A DNA stretch of 64,000 nucleotides, from NCBI GenBank assembly GCA_023436805.1, contig JAEZHT010000078.1, positions 9,766-73,765 of the forward strand, in the 5' to 3' direction. The notes beneath the pieces were generated by a model. It was not told the DNA's origin. It did not search any database and saw only the letters and a list, made by a program, of their open reading frames with translations. Source of the stretch: Bacillota bacterium (GTDB lineage Bacteria > Bacillota_I > Bacilli_A > Acholeplasmatales > UBA5453). Every line of letters starts with the position of its first letter. The first letter of the stretch is position 1. The position numbers and the translations under genes were made by a program. Of this stretch, positions 21,307 through 31,716 are shown piece by piece.

Positions 21307-22254
21307 ATGATTAACCCAATTATCATCAAGAAGATTAAAGAATATAACCGAATCATTATCCATGGGCACCAAAGACCAGATGGTGACTGCTATGGGGCAC
21401 AATTTGGTTTAAAGAGTATCATCCAAAATTCATTCCCAAATAAAGAAGTTTATGTGGTCGGAGAAACCTCTGACTTTGTAAGCTTTGTCGGGACACCTGA
21501 TATCATCGAAGACAGCCTTTATGAAGGGGCACTATCGATTGTTGTCGATACCGCAACCGAAGAACGTATTTCAGATAAGCGATATATCTTAGGTAAGGAA
21601 ACCATCAAGATTGATCACCACATTCCAGTGAATGATTATGGCATGTATAAATGGGTGGACACTACCTATCCGTCCTGTGCACAAATGATTGCACACTTTT
21701 ACAAGACCTATAAAAAAGAATTGAAGTTAGGTTTCGATGGGGCATTAGCGATGTATGTAGGGATCCTCACAGACACCGGTCGTTTCCGCTTTAGAGGGGT
21801 ATCCAAACAAACACATGAAATCGCTGGTATGTTATTAAACCACGGGGTTGATGTGGAATTTGTCGATAGCAAACTATCGGTTGAATCTTTGAATATGGTC
21901 AGACTTAAAGGCTATATTTTATCCAACTTTAAAATGACAGATGCTGGGTTTATCTACGTTACTTTAGATCGTAAAACGATTGAATCATACAATGTTACCG
22001 ATGAACAAGCAGCATCCATGGTATCCGTGATTGGCGGGATTGAAGGTTACCCTGTTTGGGCAATTATCTTAGAATACCCAGGTTCGGAAATTCGCATTAG
22101 ATTGCGTTCTAACGGCCCTGTGATTGCGCCACTCGCAAATGAATTTGGTGGCGGTGGACATGCGAAAGCATCCGGAGCTAAATTGGATTCATGGGCAGAT
22201 TTAGATCGTTTTGTCGCTCGTACAAACGAGTACATCAACGCATTAAAGAAGTAG
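21307..22254 (+). CDS. DHH/DHHA1 phosphoesterase (second NrnA-like paralog)
   Basis: HGHQRPDGDCYG, IDHH, TDTGRF, RLRS, GGGGHAKASGA. Confidence 0.92.
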   Translation: MINPIIIKKIKEYNRIIIHGHQRPDGDCYGAQFGLKSIIQNSFPNKEVYVVGETSDFVSFVGTPDIIEDSLYEGALSIVVDTATEERISDKRYILGKETIKIDHHIPVNDYGMYKWVDTTYPSCAQMIAHFYKTYKKELKLGFDGALAMYVGILTDTGRFRFRGVSKQTHEIAGMLLNHGVDVEFVDSKLSVESLNMVRLKGYILSNFKMTDAGFIYVTLDRKTIESYNVTDEQAASMVSVIGGIEGYPVWAIILEYPGSEIRIRLRSNGPVIAPLANEFGGGGHAKASGAKLDSWADLDRFVARTNEYINALKK

Positions 22255-22261
22255 GTTTATA

Positions 22262-23134
22262 ATGGAAATTAGAGAAGTATGTGAACGCATTGTCGTCACA
22301 GAACCGTTACAATCGTTAGAACAAATAGAACGCAGTATCATCAAATCTTACCGTAAGGAAATTTGGGCAAAGTTCATCAAAGCCGTCAAAGATTACAAGT
22401 TGGTTGAAGAAGGCGATAAAGTCGCTGTCGGCATATCTGGGGGTAAAGATTCGTTATTAATGGCGAAGCTTTTCCAAGAATTACACAGACATTCAATAGT
22501 CAAATTCGATGTGGTTTATTTAGCGATGGACCCAGGGTTTGCACCAATCAATTTGGCATTGTTGGAATCTAATTGTAAGTATTTAAATATCCCATTAGTC
22601 ATTAAAAAATCCAACGTGTTTGCTGTAGCGGGCAAGATTGCATCTGACAACCCATGTTACATGTGTGCGAGGATGCGCCGCGGATTTTTATACAATGCCG
22701 CTCAAGAACTGGGTTGTAATAAATTGGCCTTAGGTCACCATTTTGATGATGTAATTGAGACCACCATGTTGAATGTTTTATATGGGGGACAGTTTAAGAC
22801 CATGGTACCTAAAATTACTGCCGATAACTTTGATGATATCGAGCTCATTAGACCACTCTTTTACATCAAAGAAGCAGACATCCTAAGATTCACAAAAACC
22901 AATGGTATACAATCAATGAACTGTGGGTGCACCGTGGTAGCAAGCAAAACATCATCCAAACGTAGAGAGATTAAAACGATGATTGCAGAACTTCGTAAGA
23001 TCAATCCCGAGGTGGATCAATCGATATTCAAAGCAGCTGAGAATGTTAATTTAAATGCCGTATTGGGCTATCAATACGAAGATAAAAAATACGATTTCAA
23101 CGAAATTTATGAGGAAAGGAACAAAGAAAAATGA
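22262..23134 (+). CDS. ttcA: tRNA 2-thiocytidine biosynthesis TtcA family protein
   Basis: SGGKDS PP-loop, PCYMCARMRRG, ALGHHFDD, LIRPL. Confidence 0.85.
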   Translation: MEIREVCERIVVTEPLQSLEQIERSIIKSYRKEIWAKFIKAVKDYKLVEEGDKVAVGISGGKDSLLMAKLFQELHRHSIVKFDVVYLAMDPGFAPINLALLESNCKYLNIPLVIKKSNVFAVAGKIASDNPCYMCARMRRGFLYNAAQELGCNKLALGHHFDDVIETTMLNVLYGGQFKTMVPKITADNFDDIELIRPLFYIKEADILRFTKTNGIQSMNCGCTVVASKTSSKRREIKTMIAELRKINPEVDQSIFKAAENVNLNAVLGYQYEDKKYDFNEIYEERNKEK

Positions 23135-23670
23135 ATCCGTTTGAAGTAGAATTACAAGTGTTTCAAAGTGGTGAATTTTGGCTAACTGTGATGTTACCAT
23201 TAGCCATTTCATTGTTTTTTAGTTTTATGATTGGACTTGAAAGACAAAACATTGGTAAATCCGCCGGGATTTCAGCGCATATTTTGATTGGGATGGCAAC
23301 CGCAATCATTGGTATTGTTCAATTATTTATGTATAAAGCACAAGGCGCAGATTCTTCAGCAGACAACCAAAGATTGATTGCTCAAGTGTTACCTGGTGTT
23401 GGTTTTATTGGTGCAGGTGTCATCATGAAAGGTGGTAAAACCATCATCGGTTTGACCACAGCAGCCACCATTTGGGCGACCGCCATTATGGGACTTGTCG
23501 CAGGTTCTGGCTATTATATTACCGCGACCATTTTTGGATTATTCTTGGTATTATTCATCTACCTAAGAGATATCAAACGTGGCATCAATCCATTCATTCC
23601 ACACGTTCACCACGATTTCCTTGAGAGTGAAATCGATGTAGAGGACGATGACAAGCGTCGTCACGCTTAA
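23131..23670 (+). CDS. MgtC/SapB family membrane protein
   Basis: IGLERQ...AG, RLIAQV..GVGFIGAGVI, GLTTAATIW. Confidence 0.9.
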   Translation: MNPFEVELQVFQSGEFWLTVMLPLAISLFFSFMIGLERQNIGKSAGISAHILIGMATAIIGIVQLFMYKAQGADSSADNQRLIAQVLPGVGFIGAGVIMKGGKTIIGLTTAATIWATAIMGLVAGSGYYITATIFGLFLVLFIYLRDIKRGINPFIPHVHHDFLESEIDVEDDDKRRHA

Positions 23671-23687
23671 TCTAGAATAAAGAATAG

Positions 23688-23709
23688 AAACGCAAACCTG
23701 CGTTTTTTT
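23688..23709 (+). terminator. Rho-independent terminator
   Basis: AAACGCA/TGCGTTT stem with T7. Confidence 0.6.
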
Positions 23710-23758
23710 CTTATTTTTAGGGGTGGATGTTGTATAATATTGCTTAGGATGTGATGAC

Positions 23759-25108
23759 ATGATTTTCGATACCATCGCTGCCATCGCGACCCCATTTGGA
23801 ACCGCCGGGATCGCCATCATTCGAATCTCTGGTTCAGAGTCAATCAAGCTCGCCAACCAAGTATTCAAGGGCAGAAATTTATTAAAAGTGAAGACGCATA
23901 CTGTGACCTATGGACACATCATCGACAAGCAAGGCAACACCATCGATGAAGTCATGGTTACCGTGATGAAAGCACCCAAAACATTCACCGCCGAAGACAC
24001 GGTAGAAATCTCGTGTCATGGGGGTATTTTAGTGACTCAAAAAGTACTCGAAAGGGTCTTAGAAACCGGCATTAAATTGGCAGAACCAGGCGAGTTTTCC
24101 AAACGTGCTTATGTCAATGGACGCATCGATTTAACCCAAGCAGAAGCGATCATGGACCTCATCCACGCTAAGAATGAAAACGCGATGAAGCTGGCATTAT
24201 CCGGTCTTCGCGGAGACATCAAAAAGGGGATTGAATCCATTCGTGGTGAACTCTTAAACATCATTGCGCAAATTGAAGTCAACATCGATTATCCTGAGTA
24301 TGATGACGCTACCACCATGGGCAATGAACTCATCAAACCAGAAGTCATCAAAATTAAGGAAAAACTCATCCGATTGTTGGATGATTCGAATAAAGGAAAA
24401 ATCATGCGTGAAGGTGTGAAAACAGCGATTGTTGGGAAACCAAATGTCGGCAAAAGTTCACTTTTGAACGCACTCCTCAATGAAGAACGTGCGATTGTCA
24501 CAGACATTGAAGGAACGACCAGAGACACCATTGAAGCTTACATCAATATCGGTAACATCACGTTAAATCTCATCGATACCGCTGGGATTCGTGAAACCAA
24601 AGATGTGGTTGAAAAGATTGGTGTAGACCGTTCTAAAAAAGCCATTGAAGAAGCAGAACTCATCATATTAGTCCTAGACCAAAGTCGAAAGATTTCAAAA
24701 GAAGACATCGAACTTTTAGAAGCCACACAAAACAAGAAACGCATCATTGTAGGTAATAAAAACGACCTCAGTAAGGCCATCGATTTAGACATCCATATGT
24801 TGAGTTTATCGACGTTGACCAAAGAAGGACTCGCTGAACTAGAAAAGGAAATCGTCAAAGTTTTAGGTATGGAAGATATCCAAGAAAAAGACTTTAATGT
24901 GATTTCAAACATGCGCCATATCGGCAAAATCAAAGATACCATCCAATCACTCGAAGACGTCTTAAATGCCATCGCGATTGACATGCCAATTGACATGACA
25001 GAGATCGATTTAAAGCGTGCATGGCAAACCCTTGGTGAAATCACAGGCGATTATCACCCAGAAGATTTAATCAGTGAATTATTTTCTAAATTTTGTTTAG
25101 GCAAGTAA
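23759..25108 (+). CDS. mnmE: tRNA modification GTPase MnmE
   Basis: DTIAAIATP, GKPNVGKSS, DTAG, NKND, C-terminal FCLGK. Confidence 0.97.
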   Translation: MIFDTIAAIATPFGTAGIAIIRISGSESIKLANQVFKGRNLLKVKTHTVTYGHIIDKQGNTIDEVMVTVMKAPKTFTAEDTVEISCHGGILVTQKVLERVLETGIKLAEPGEFSKRAYVNGRIDLTQAEAIMDLIHAKNENAMKLALSGLRGDIKKGIESIRGELLNIIAQIEVNIDYPEYDDATTMGNELIKPEVIKIKEKLIRLLDDSNKGKIMREGVKTAIVGKPNVGKSSLLNALLNEERAIVTDIEGTTRDTIEAYINIGNITLNLIDTAGIRETKDVVEKIGVDRSKKAIEEAELIILVLDQSRKISKEDIELLEATQNKKRIIVGNKNDLSKAIDLDIHMLSLSTLTKEGLAELEKEIVKVLGMEDIQEKDFNVISNMRHIGKIKDTIQSLEDVLNAIAIDMPIDMTEIDLKRAWQTLGEITGDYHPEDLISELFSKFCLGK

Positions 25109-25157
25109 CCAATTCATATCATATATGATATAATACAAAAGCAAAGGAGTGTGCGAT

Positions 25158-26876
25158 ATGTCCTATCAAGCGTTATATAGAACGTATAGACCTAGAACAT
25201 TTAAAGAAGTAGCAGGACAAGAAGTCATCGTCAAGACATTACAAAATGCCTTGTTGCATGACAAAATTGCACATGCCTATTTGTTTAGTGGTCCCCGCGG
25301 TACCGGTAAAACGAGTATCGCGAAAATATTGGCCAAAGCAGTTAACTGTGAACGCGCACCCATCAATGATGCTTGTGGTGAATGTGCGACATGCAAAGCG
25401 ATTCAATCCAACACGATTGGCGATGTCGTTGAAATTGACGCCGCATCCAACAATGGTGTCGATGAAATCAGAGACTTGCGTGAAAAGGTCAAATATTTAC
25501 CGAGCATGGGGAAATTCAAAGTCTATATCATCGATGAAGTTCACATGCTATCCACTGGCGCATTCAATGCGTTATTAAAAACATTAGAAGAACCACCAAA
25601 ACACGTCATATTCATTCTCGCAACCACAGAACCCAATAAAATACCCTCGACCATCTTATCCAGATGTCAACGCTTTGATTTTAGAGGGATTTCACCCAGT
25701 GATATCGAGAAAAAACTGAAAGAAATCCGTGATATCGAACAGATTAAAATTACGGATGCTGCCATTAGAGAAGTGGCAAGATACGCCGAAGGCGGTCTGA
25801 GAGATGCTTTAAGTTTACTCGATCAAGCCATTTCATTTTCCGATGAAGATGTCACCGAAGAAGATATTTATGCTGTCTCAGGCAGTGTATCGAAGAAAAA
25901 CCTCATCCAACTGTTAGATTATATCTATCATAAGAAAACCACCGAAGCATTCTCATTGTTGAATGACATGATTGAAGACGGTAAAGAAGTGAATAAGATT
26001 GTATCGGATTTGATCTCAACACTCAGAGACTTATTGATTGAGAAGAACGTCGTATTTGACGCATTGAGACCAACCAAATACGTTGAAGACATTTCCAAGC
26101 AATATTCCAACGACCGCATTTACTTTTATCTAGAAGTATTGAACGGTACCCAAAACGACATCAAATGGAGCAATCAAAAACGAGCGTATCTAGAACTCGC
26201 CATCGTTAAAATGATCGACCACCAAAATGTTGACCGCATCAACTATCAAGAACAACTTCAAGGGTTACATGAACGCATCAAAGGGTTGGAATTTGACATT
26301 TCTAAACTTAAGACGGCACCAAGAGAAGTTAAGCGTGTGGTTGAAGAAAAAGAAATTTCAACACCAGAACTGCATGTAGAGACCACCACAGATAAAAAAC
26401 CGTTGGTGAGCGTGAGCGACGTAGAAAGATTGTTACAATCCGCCAACGTTGACCGCAAAGCTTTACTGCTCAAGGGGTGGGAACGCCTCCCTCAAATCAA
26501 AGATGCGAAACTACAAGCCGCAGCGATGTTGTTGCATGAAGGCAAACTGGTCGCAGCCACAGACAAGGAAATCCTCATCGTCTACCCGGATAAGATCAAT
26601 TGTCAAATGATGTTGAAACCGAATACCAAAAAATTGGTATTTGAAATATTGAATAGCAAAACCAAACTCATCGAAGACTATATTTGTATCGATGACGCTT
26701 CATGGCAAGTGCTTTATGCAAGTTTTGCAAAACAATGGCGTGAAGGCAATAAAAAACCAGTATTACCTAAACTCGATTTAGGTTTATATGAAGCCACTGA
26801 AGAATCTTGGCAACCAGGATCTGTATCCTTAGCCATCGATTTCTTTGGTAAAGATAAAGTCATGATAAAGGAGTAA
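25158..26876 (+). CDS. dnaX: DNA polymerase III subunit gamma/tau
   Basis: YQALYRTYRP, GPRGTGKT, Zn Cys cluster, DEVHML, SRC; start ATG 25158 after AAGGAG. Confidence 0.97.
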   Translation: MSYQALYRTYRPRTFKEVAGQEVIVKTLQNALLHDKIAHAYLFSGPRGTGKTSIAKILAKAVNCERAPINDACGECATCKAIQSNTIGDVVEIDAASNNGVDEIRDLREKVKYLPSMGKFKVYIIDEVHMLSTGAFNALLKTLEEPPKHVIFILATTEPNKIPSTILSRCQRFDFRGISPSDIEKKLKEIRDIEQIKITDAAIREVARYAEGGLRDALSLLDQAISFSDEDVTEEDIYAVSGSVSKKNLIQLLDYIYHKKTTEAFSLLNDMIEDGKEVNKIVSDLISTLRDLLIEKNVVFDALRPTKYVEDISKQYSNDRIYFYLEVLNGTQNDIKWSNQKRAYLELAIVKMIDHQNVDRINYQEQLQGLHERIKGLEFDISKLKTAPREVKRVVEEKEISTPELHVETTTDKKPLVSVSDVERLLQSANVDRKALLLKGWERLPQIKDAKLQAAAMLLHEGKLVAATDKEILIVYPDKINCQMMLKPNTKKLVFEILNSKTKLIEDYICIDDASWQVLYASFAKQWREGNKKPVLPKLDLGLYEATEESWQPGSVSLAIDFFGKDKVMIKE

Positions 26877-26880
26877 TTAT

Positions 26881-27168
26881 ATGAATGCAGGCATGATTAA
26901 AAAACTACAAAAAATTCAAAAAGAGATGCAAGAAACCCAAGAAAGATTACAAATGACAGAATTCACAGGCACAGCCAGTGGTGTTAGAGTGGTCATGTTG
27001 GGTTCACACCAAGTCGTCGACATCAAAATTTCCGATGAATTACTGGAAGATGTTGAGATGTTACAAGACGCGATTTTAGCAGCCATCAACAATGCAGTTG
27101 AAGTTGTGGACAAAACCACCAATCAAGAAATGAGCAAATTCACTTCAGGCATGGGGATGGGCTTCTAA
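26881..27168 (+). CDS. YbaB/EbfC nucleoid-associated protein
   Basis: Position between dnaX and recR; DVEMLQDAILAAINNA. Confidence 0.92.
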   Translation: MNAGMIKKLQKIQKEMQETQERLQMTEFTGTASGVRVVMLGSHQVVDIKISDELLEDVEMLQDAILAAINNAVEVVDKTTNQEMSKFTSGMGMGF

Positions 27169-27761
27169 TGAAGTACCCTGAAAGTTTTTTAAAACTTGTA
27201 GAAGATTTTAAAAAATTTCCTGGTATCGGTAAAAAGACCGCTGAAAGGTTGGCACTTTATACCATCTCTACGATCGATAAAGATCAAATCAACGCATTCA
27301 GCCAACATTTGGTTGAAGCGAAACAAAACATCTCACATTGTTCGATATGCGGCACCCTGATGGAAGCCCATTGCCCAATATGTGAAGACAATAACCGTGA
27401 CCGAAACACCCTCATGGTAGTTTCGGAAGACAAAGATGTGTTCGTCCTTGAAAGAAACCCGATATACCATGGGTTATACCATGTGTTGGGCGGTTCGATT
27501 GATTTTTCTCGAGGCATTGGTCCGGAAGATTTAAACATCGAATCCTTGTTTCAACGATTGAATGGATTGGAAGAAATCATATTGTCTTTGGCTGGTACTG
27601 TCGAAGGTGAACTCACTGCACAGTATTTGAAGGAATTGTTAAAGCCAAAAGGCATTAAAGTTTCTCGTATCGCATATGGCATTCCAGTCGGTGCAGACTT
27701 GAGTTTCGCGGATGACCACACCCTAGAACTCGCACTGAATAATAGACAAAAGTACGAATAG
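27168..27761 (+). CDS. recR: Recombination mediator RecR
   Basis: PGIGKKTAERLA, C4 Zn finger, YHVLGG, VEGELT, SRIAYGIPVG. Confidence 0.96.
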   Translation: MKYPESFLKLVEDFKKFPGIGKKTAERLALYTISTIDKDQINAFSQHLVEAKQNISHCSICGTLMEAHCPICEDNNRDRNTLMVVSEDKDVFVLERNPIYHGLYHVLGGSIDFSRGIGPEDLNIESLFQRLNGLEEIILSLAGTVEGELTAQYLKELLKPKGIKVSRIAYGIPVGADLSFADDHTLELALNNRQKYE

Positions 27762-27773
27762 GAGATAACGTAT

Positions 27774-28052
27774 ATGGAAATACTAGATCAAATTTGGGCA
27801 TTCTTAATGAGCATTTTCGGGGATTTAGATTCGATGTTGGAAGAATTGGTTAACTTTGACGGGTTAGCACTCAACTTCTACAACGACGTCATCATGCCAC
27901 TACCAGAATGGATGAAGATACTAGGCACATTGGGCTTAGCTGTAGTCATCATATTTGGTGTGTTCGCGATTGCGAAAAAGATGATGAAGTTATTGATCAT
28001 CATCGTCGTTATTCTTGCAATCCTCGTCTTGGCTAGAATTTTGATGGCATGA
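27774..28052 (+). CDS. Small hypothetical membrane protein
   Basis: RBS AGGAG; two C-terminal hydrophobic helices. Confidence 0.7.
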   Translation: MEILDQIWAFLMSIFGDLDSMLEELVNFDGLALNFYNDVIMPLPEWMKILGTLGLAVVIIFGVFAIAKKMMKLLIIIVVILAILVLARILMA

Positions 28053-28396
28053 TTTTAACCATTACCACAGACGGCCAAACAGAAAGCTATACAATCGATT
28101 CTACATTTGAACCAGGTAAAATTACATATCAGGACCCAAGTAGCGCCAGCCTCGTTGTCGTTTATTATAAATTAAACGAGGTTTTAATCCGTCGCACTGG
28201 TGAAGTTACCTTCCAAGAATCCTATATTCCCCACCAAAGAACGATGGGGTATTATCGTCAAGAAGGCATCCTATTTAAGTCGATTGTCGAGACGCACGCC
28301 CTCACAGTGACCCCAGATTTAATTGAAATTGCGTATCGTCATCAAATCGAAGGACAAACGACAGAGAAAATCGTGCAATTTCGATTATTCAAATAA
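28049..28396 (+). CDS. DUF1934 (YwiB-like) beta-barrel protein
   Basis: Beta-rich; EVLIRRTG motif; usual position upstream of rpoE. Confidence 0.65.
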   Translation: MILTITTDGQTESYTIDSTFEPGKITYQDPSSASLVVVYYKLNEVLIRRTGEVTFQESYIPHQRTMGYYRQEGILFKSIVETHALTVTPDLIEIAYRHQIEGQTTEKIVQFRLFK

Positions 28397-28454
28397 AAGT
28401 CTTGCAAAAACATAGCACATCGTATACAATAATATAGTATTTTAGGAGGAAACT

Positions 28455-28985
28455 ATGGCTAAACAAACGTATGTAAACAAATCCATGGTTGAAATTGCAG
28501 AAGAAATTTTAAGATCTGAAGGCAAAAAAAACATCTACGATTTATTAGAATCAGTCGCAGCTTTGAAAGACATTTCAAAAGAAGATAGCGAAAGATTAAC
28601 ACAACTATACATTGACATGACCTTGTCCGCAAAATTCGTTTTTTGTGGCAATGATGAATGGGATTTAAAAGAAAATAACCTTGAACTTTGGGATAAAGAT
28701 GGTTCTTATTTCAACACTGCAGAAGATGTGGTAGAGGAAGAAGAAGACGACACATTGACTGTGGATGACTACTATATTCCTGAAGAAGATGAACTTGAAC
28801 TCAAAGACGATGAAGAGGACGAAGAAGAAGAGGATGGTATCCTTCCAGATGATGAAGAGGAAGAAAGCCTATTACTCGACGACGAAGAAGACGTCATCAT
28901 TATCGAGGATGAAGAAGACATTGACTTCGACGACGATGATTACAATGAAATCATGGACGATTACGAAGACATGTACGACAAGTAA
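28455..28985 (+). CDS. rpoE: RNA polymerase delta subunit
   Basis: SMVEIAEEIL, LYIDMTL..KFV..G.NEWDL, long acidic tail; upstream of pyrG. Confidence 0.93.
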   Translation: MAKQTYVNKSMVEIAEEILRSEGKKNIYDLLESVAALKDISKEDSERLTQLYIDMTLSAKFVFCGNDEWDLKENNLELWDKDGSYFNTAEDVVEEEEDDTLTVDDYYIPEEDELELKDDEEDEEEEDGILPDDEEEESLLLDDEEDVIIIEDEEDIDFDDDDYNEIMDDYEDMYDK

Positions 28986-28993
28986 AAATCTCG

Positions 28994-29069
28994 TTGATTC
29001 ATAGATTTTAATTTGATATAATTAAGAAGGGCAACTCATATAAGGTCTCCTGTTAAGGGAGACCTTTTT
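28994..29069 (+). promoter_or_regulatory. pyrG promoter and reiterative-transcription attenuator
   Basis: TTGATT-N17-TATAAT with extended TG; GGGC at 29029-29032; terminator AAGGTCTCCT/GGGAGACCTT with a T run. Confidence 0.85.
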
Positions 29070-29094
29070 ATTTTATAATTTTCGAGGTGGAGAG

Positions 29095-30708
29095 ATGAAA
29101 ACAAAGTTTATTTTCGTTACTGGCGGTGTCGTTTCATCGCTTGGTAAAGGCATTATGGCATCAACCGTAGGACAGCTTTTAAAGAGTCGTGGACTCAAAG
29201 TATTTATGCAAAAATTCGACCCGTACATCAACGTCGACCCAGGGACATTGTCGCCTTACCAACATGGTGAGGTGTTTGTTACCGACGATGGTTGTGAAAC
29301 AGACTTAGATTTAGGACACTACGAACGCTTCATCGATGAAAACTTGTCGAAAGATTCTTCAGTGACGACGGGTAAAATATATCAAACCGTCATCGACAAA
29401 GAACGAAAAGGCGTTTACTTAGGGGCGACCATCCAAGTCATCCCACACATCACAAATGAAATCAAAGATCGCCTAAAAAGGGTTGCGATTTCATCCAAAG
29501 CCGATGTGGTCATCACCGAAATTGGCGGTACCGTCGGGGACATCGAATCGCTCCCATTTTTAGAAGCCATCAGACAAGCTAGACGTGACTTTGGACACAA
29601 AAACACATTATACATCCACACCACCTTATTACCATATTTACGTGCAGCGAATGAAATCAAAACCAAACCGACCCAACACTCAGTGAAAGAATTGAGATCC
29701 TTAGGGATTTCACCAGACATGATCGTCTTAAGAAGTGAAGTACCTGTAGCGAAATCAACCAAAGAAAAGATTGCGTTATTTTGTGACGTTGAAACCACAC
29801 ATGTGTTTGAATCGGTAGACGTCGATGTTTTATACAAGACCATTCCAAACTTGAAAGCTCAAAAAATCGATGACTTGATTTTAGAACACTTCGAACTAGA
29901 AGCGAAAAAAGAGGCGGATTTAACACCTTGGATCGACTTGATTCACAAAATTGAACATGCCAAAGATACCATTAACATCGCATTGGTAGGGAAGTATGTC
30001 AGTTTACACGATGCCTATTTATCGGTGGCTGAATCCTTAAAACATGCAGGATATCACTTTGGCAAAAACATCAATATTAAGTATTTGAACGCTGAAAAGA
30101 TCAACAATGACAATGTAAAAGAAGTCCTCGCGGGTTCAGATGGTGTATTGGTCCCTGGCGGGTTTGGTGAACGCGCCACTGAGGGTAAAATGGCAGCGAT
30201 TCAATACGCTAGAACCAATAACGTACCATTCTTTGGCATTTGTTATGGGTTACAACTGGCTTCAATCGAATTTGCGAGAAATGTCATGGGCATTGGTTTA
30301 GCAACCACCACAGAAATTGACCCAAATACCAAGTACCCAATCATCGATTTGATGCATACCCAAGATTTGACAAAGGACTTGGGGGGGACACAACGTTTAG
30401 GTCTGTATACCTGCCACATCAAACCCAATACTTTAGCTCAAAAACTTTATCAAAAAGATGTGATTGAAGAACGTCATAGACATCGTTATGAGTTTAATAA
30501 TGCGTATCGTGATGCGTTTGAATCGTATGGGATGGTTTTTTCAGGTCTTCATGAAAAACTCAACTTAGTCGAGATGATTGAAATCCCAGAGCATCCATTC
30601 TTCATCGCGTGTCAGTTCCACCCAGAGTTCTTATCTAGACCACTTCGCCCTCATCCGATTTTTAAAGGATTCATCGAAGCAGCGATTGTGAATAAACAAG
30701 CAAAATGA
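29095..30708 (+). CDS. pyrG: CTP synthase
   Basis: [38 protein letters not shown]. Confidence 0.98.
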   Translation: MKTKFIFVTGGVVSSLGKGIMASTVGQLLKSRGLKVFMQKFDPYINVDPGTLSPYQHGEVFVTDDGCETDLDLGHYERFIDENLSKDSSVTTGKIYQTVIDKERKGVYLGATIQVIPHITNEIKDRLKRVAISSKADVVITEIGGTVGDIESLPFLEAIRQARRDFGHKNTLYIHTTLLPYLRAANEIKTKPTQHSVKELRSLGISPDMIVLRSEVPVAKSTKEKIALFCDVETTHVFESVDVDVLYKTIPNLKAQKIDDLILEHFELEAKKEADLTPWIDLIHKIEHAKDTINIALVGKYVSLHDAYLSVAESLKHAGYHFGKNINIKYLNAEKINNDNVKEVLAGSDGVLVPGGFGERATEGKMAAIQYARTNNVPFFGICYGLQLASIEFARNVMGIGLATTTEIDPNTKYPIIDLMHTQDLTKDLGGTQRLGLYTCHIKPNTLAQKLYQKDVIEERHRHRYEFNNAYRDAFESYGMVFSGLHEKLNLVEMIEIPEHPFFIACQFHPEFLSRPLRPHPIFKGFIEAAIVNKQAK

Positions 30709-30732
30709 TAATCGTTTTCACGCAATACTTAT

Positions 30733-30761
30733 TTGTAAAATAAGGCAATTAAGCGTATAAT
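30733..30761 (+). promoter_or_regulatory. Sigma-A promoter of fba
   Basis: TTGTAA-N17-TATAAT. Confidence 0.65.
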
Positions 30762-30800
30762 ACATAGTGGACATTACATAATAACTAGGAGGACATAAAA

Positions 30801-31667
30801 ATGGCATTAGTTTCTGCAAAAGAAATGTTAATCAAGGCTAGAGATAACGGTTATGGCGTCGCTCAAATCAACATCAATAACCTTGAATGGACAAAAGCAA
30901 CCCTACAAGTTGCACAAGAATTGAACTCCCCAATCATCTTAGGTGTATCAGAAGGTGCAGCTAAATATATGGGTGGTTATCGTTTAGTTATGGCGATGGT
31001 CAGAGAATTGATCGCGTCACAAGGCATCACCGTTCCTGTGGCAGTTCATCTAGACCATGGTACATACGAAGGTGCTTACAAAGCATTAGAAGCTGGCTTC
31101 ACATCCATCATGTTTGATGGTTCACATTATCCAATCGCTGAAAACGTTGAAAAGACCAGAGAAATTGTTGCAGCATGCCACGCTAAAGGCGTATCTGTTG
31201 AAGCAGAAGTTGGTTCCATCGGCGGCGAAGAAGACGGCGTCATTGGTGCTGGTGAATTGGCTGATCCAAAAGAATGTGCATTGATCGCGTCCTTAGGCGT
31301 CGATTTATTCGCAGCAGGCATCGGTAACATTCATGGTAAATACCCTGCAAACTGGAAGGGATTAGACTTTGATGTACTACAAGAAGTACAAAGAGTCACC
31401 AACAGAGTACCTCTAGTTTTACACGGTGGTACAGGTATTCCTGAACACATGATCAAAAAAGCGATCTCTTTAGGCGTCACTAAGATCAACGTAAACACCG
31501 AATTACAATTGGCATTCGCTGAAGCAACACGTAAATATATCGAAGCTGGTAAGGATTTAGAATCCAAAGGCTTTGACCCGCGTAAGTTATTAGCGCCAGG
31601 TGTTGAAGCAATCAAGAAGACCGTTAGAGAAAAACTAACGATGTTCGGATCTGTAAACCAAGCTTAA
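30801..31667 (+). CDS. fba: Fructose-bisphosphate aldolase class II
   Basis: HLDHG, MFDGSH, EAEVG, GNIHG, LVLHGGTG, KINVNTE. Confidence 0.96.
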   Translation: MALVSAKEMLIKARDNGYGVAQININNLEWTKATLQVAQELNSPIILGVSEGAAKYMGGYRLVMAMVRELIASQGITVPVAVHLDHGTYEGAYKALEAGFTSIMFDGSHYPIAENVEKTREIVAACHAKGVSVEAEVGSIGGEEDGVIGAGELADPKECALIASLGVDLFAAGIGNIHGKYPANWKGLDFDVLQEVQRVTNRVPLVLHGGTGIPEHMIKKAISLGVTKINVNTELQLAFAEATRKYIEAGKDLESKGFDPRKLLAPGVEAIKKTVREKLTMFGSVNQA

Positions 31668-31684
31668 TTACAACCCCATAAAAC

Positions 31685-31715
31685 AAACGACCTAGCCATC
31701 AGACTAGGTCGTTTT
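31685..31715. terminator. Bidirectional terminator
   Basis: AAACGACCTAG/CTAGGTCGTTT 11-bp stem. Confidence 0.8.
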
Positions 31716-31716
31716 C

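Noticed and set aside
24538..25044. Long antisense ORFs inside mnmE, ftsH, pyrG, dusB, nrdJ and others
   Set aside because: They lie fully opposite well-conserved genes, lack RBS or family motifs, and are explained by codon bias of the sense gene.
25109..25157. SRP RNA gene expected upstream of dnaX by B. subtilis synteny
   Set aside because: The gap is only 49 nt, holds a promoter-like TG-a-TATAAT and an RBS, and has no SRP helix motif.
25158..26876. Programmed frameshift in dnaX producing a gamma subunit
   Set aside because: No A-AAA-AAG slippery site or A9 run was seen; only A6 runs without an evident stimulator.
28725..28985. GAA/GAC/GAT-rich low-complexity tract
   Set aside because: It encodes the normal acidic tail of RNA polymerase delta.
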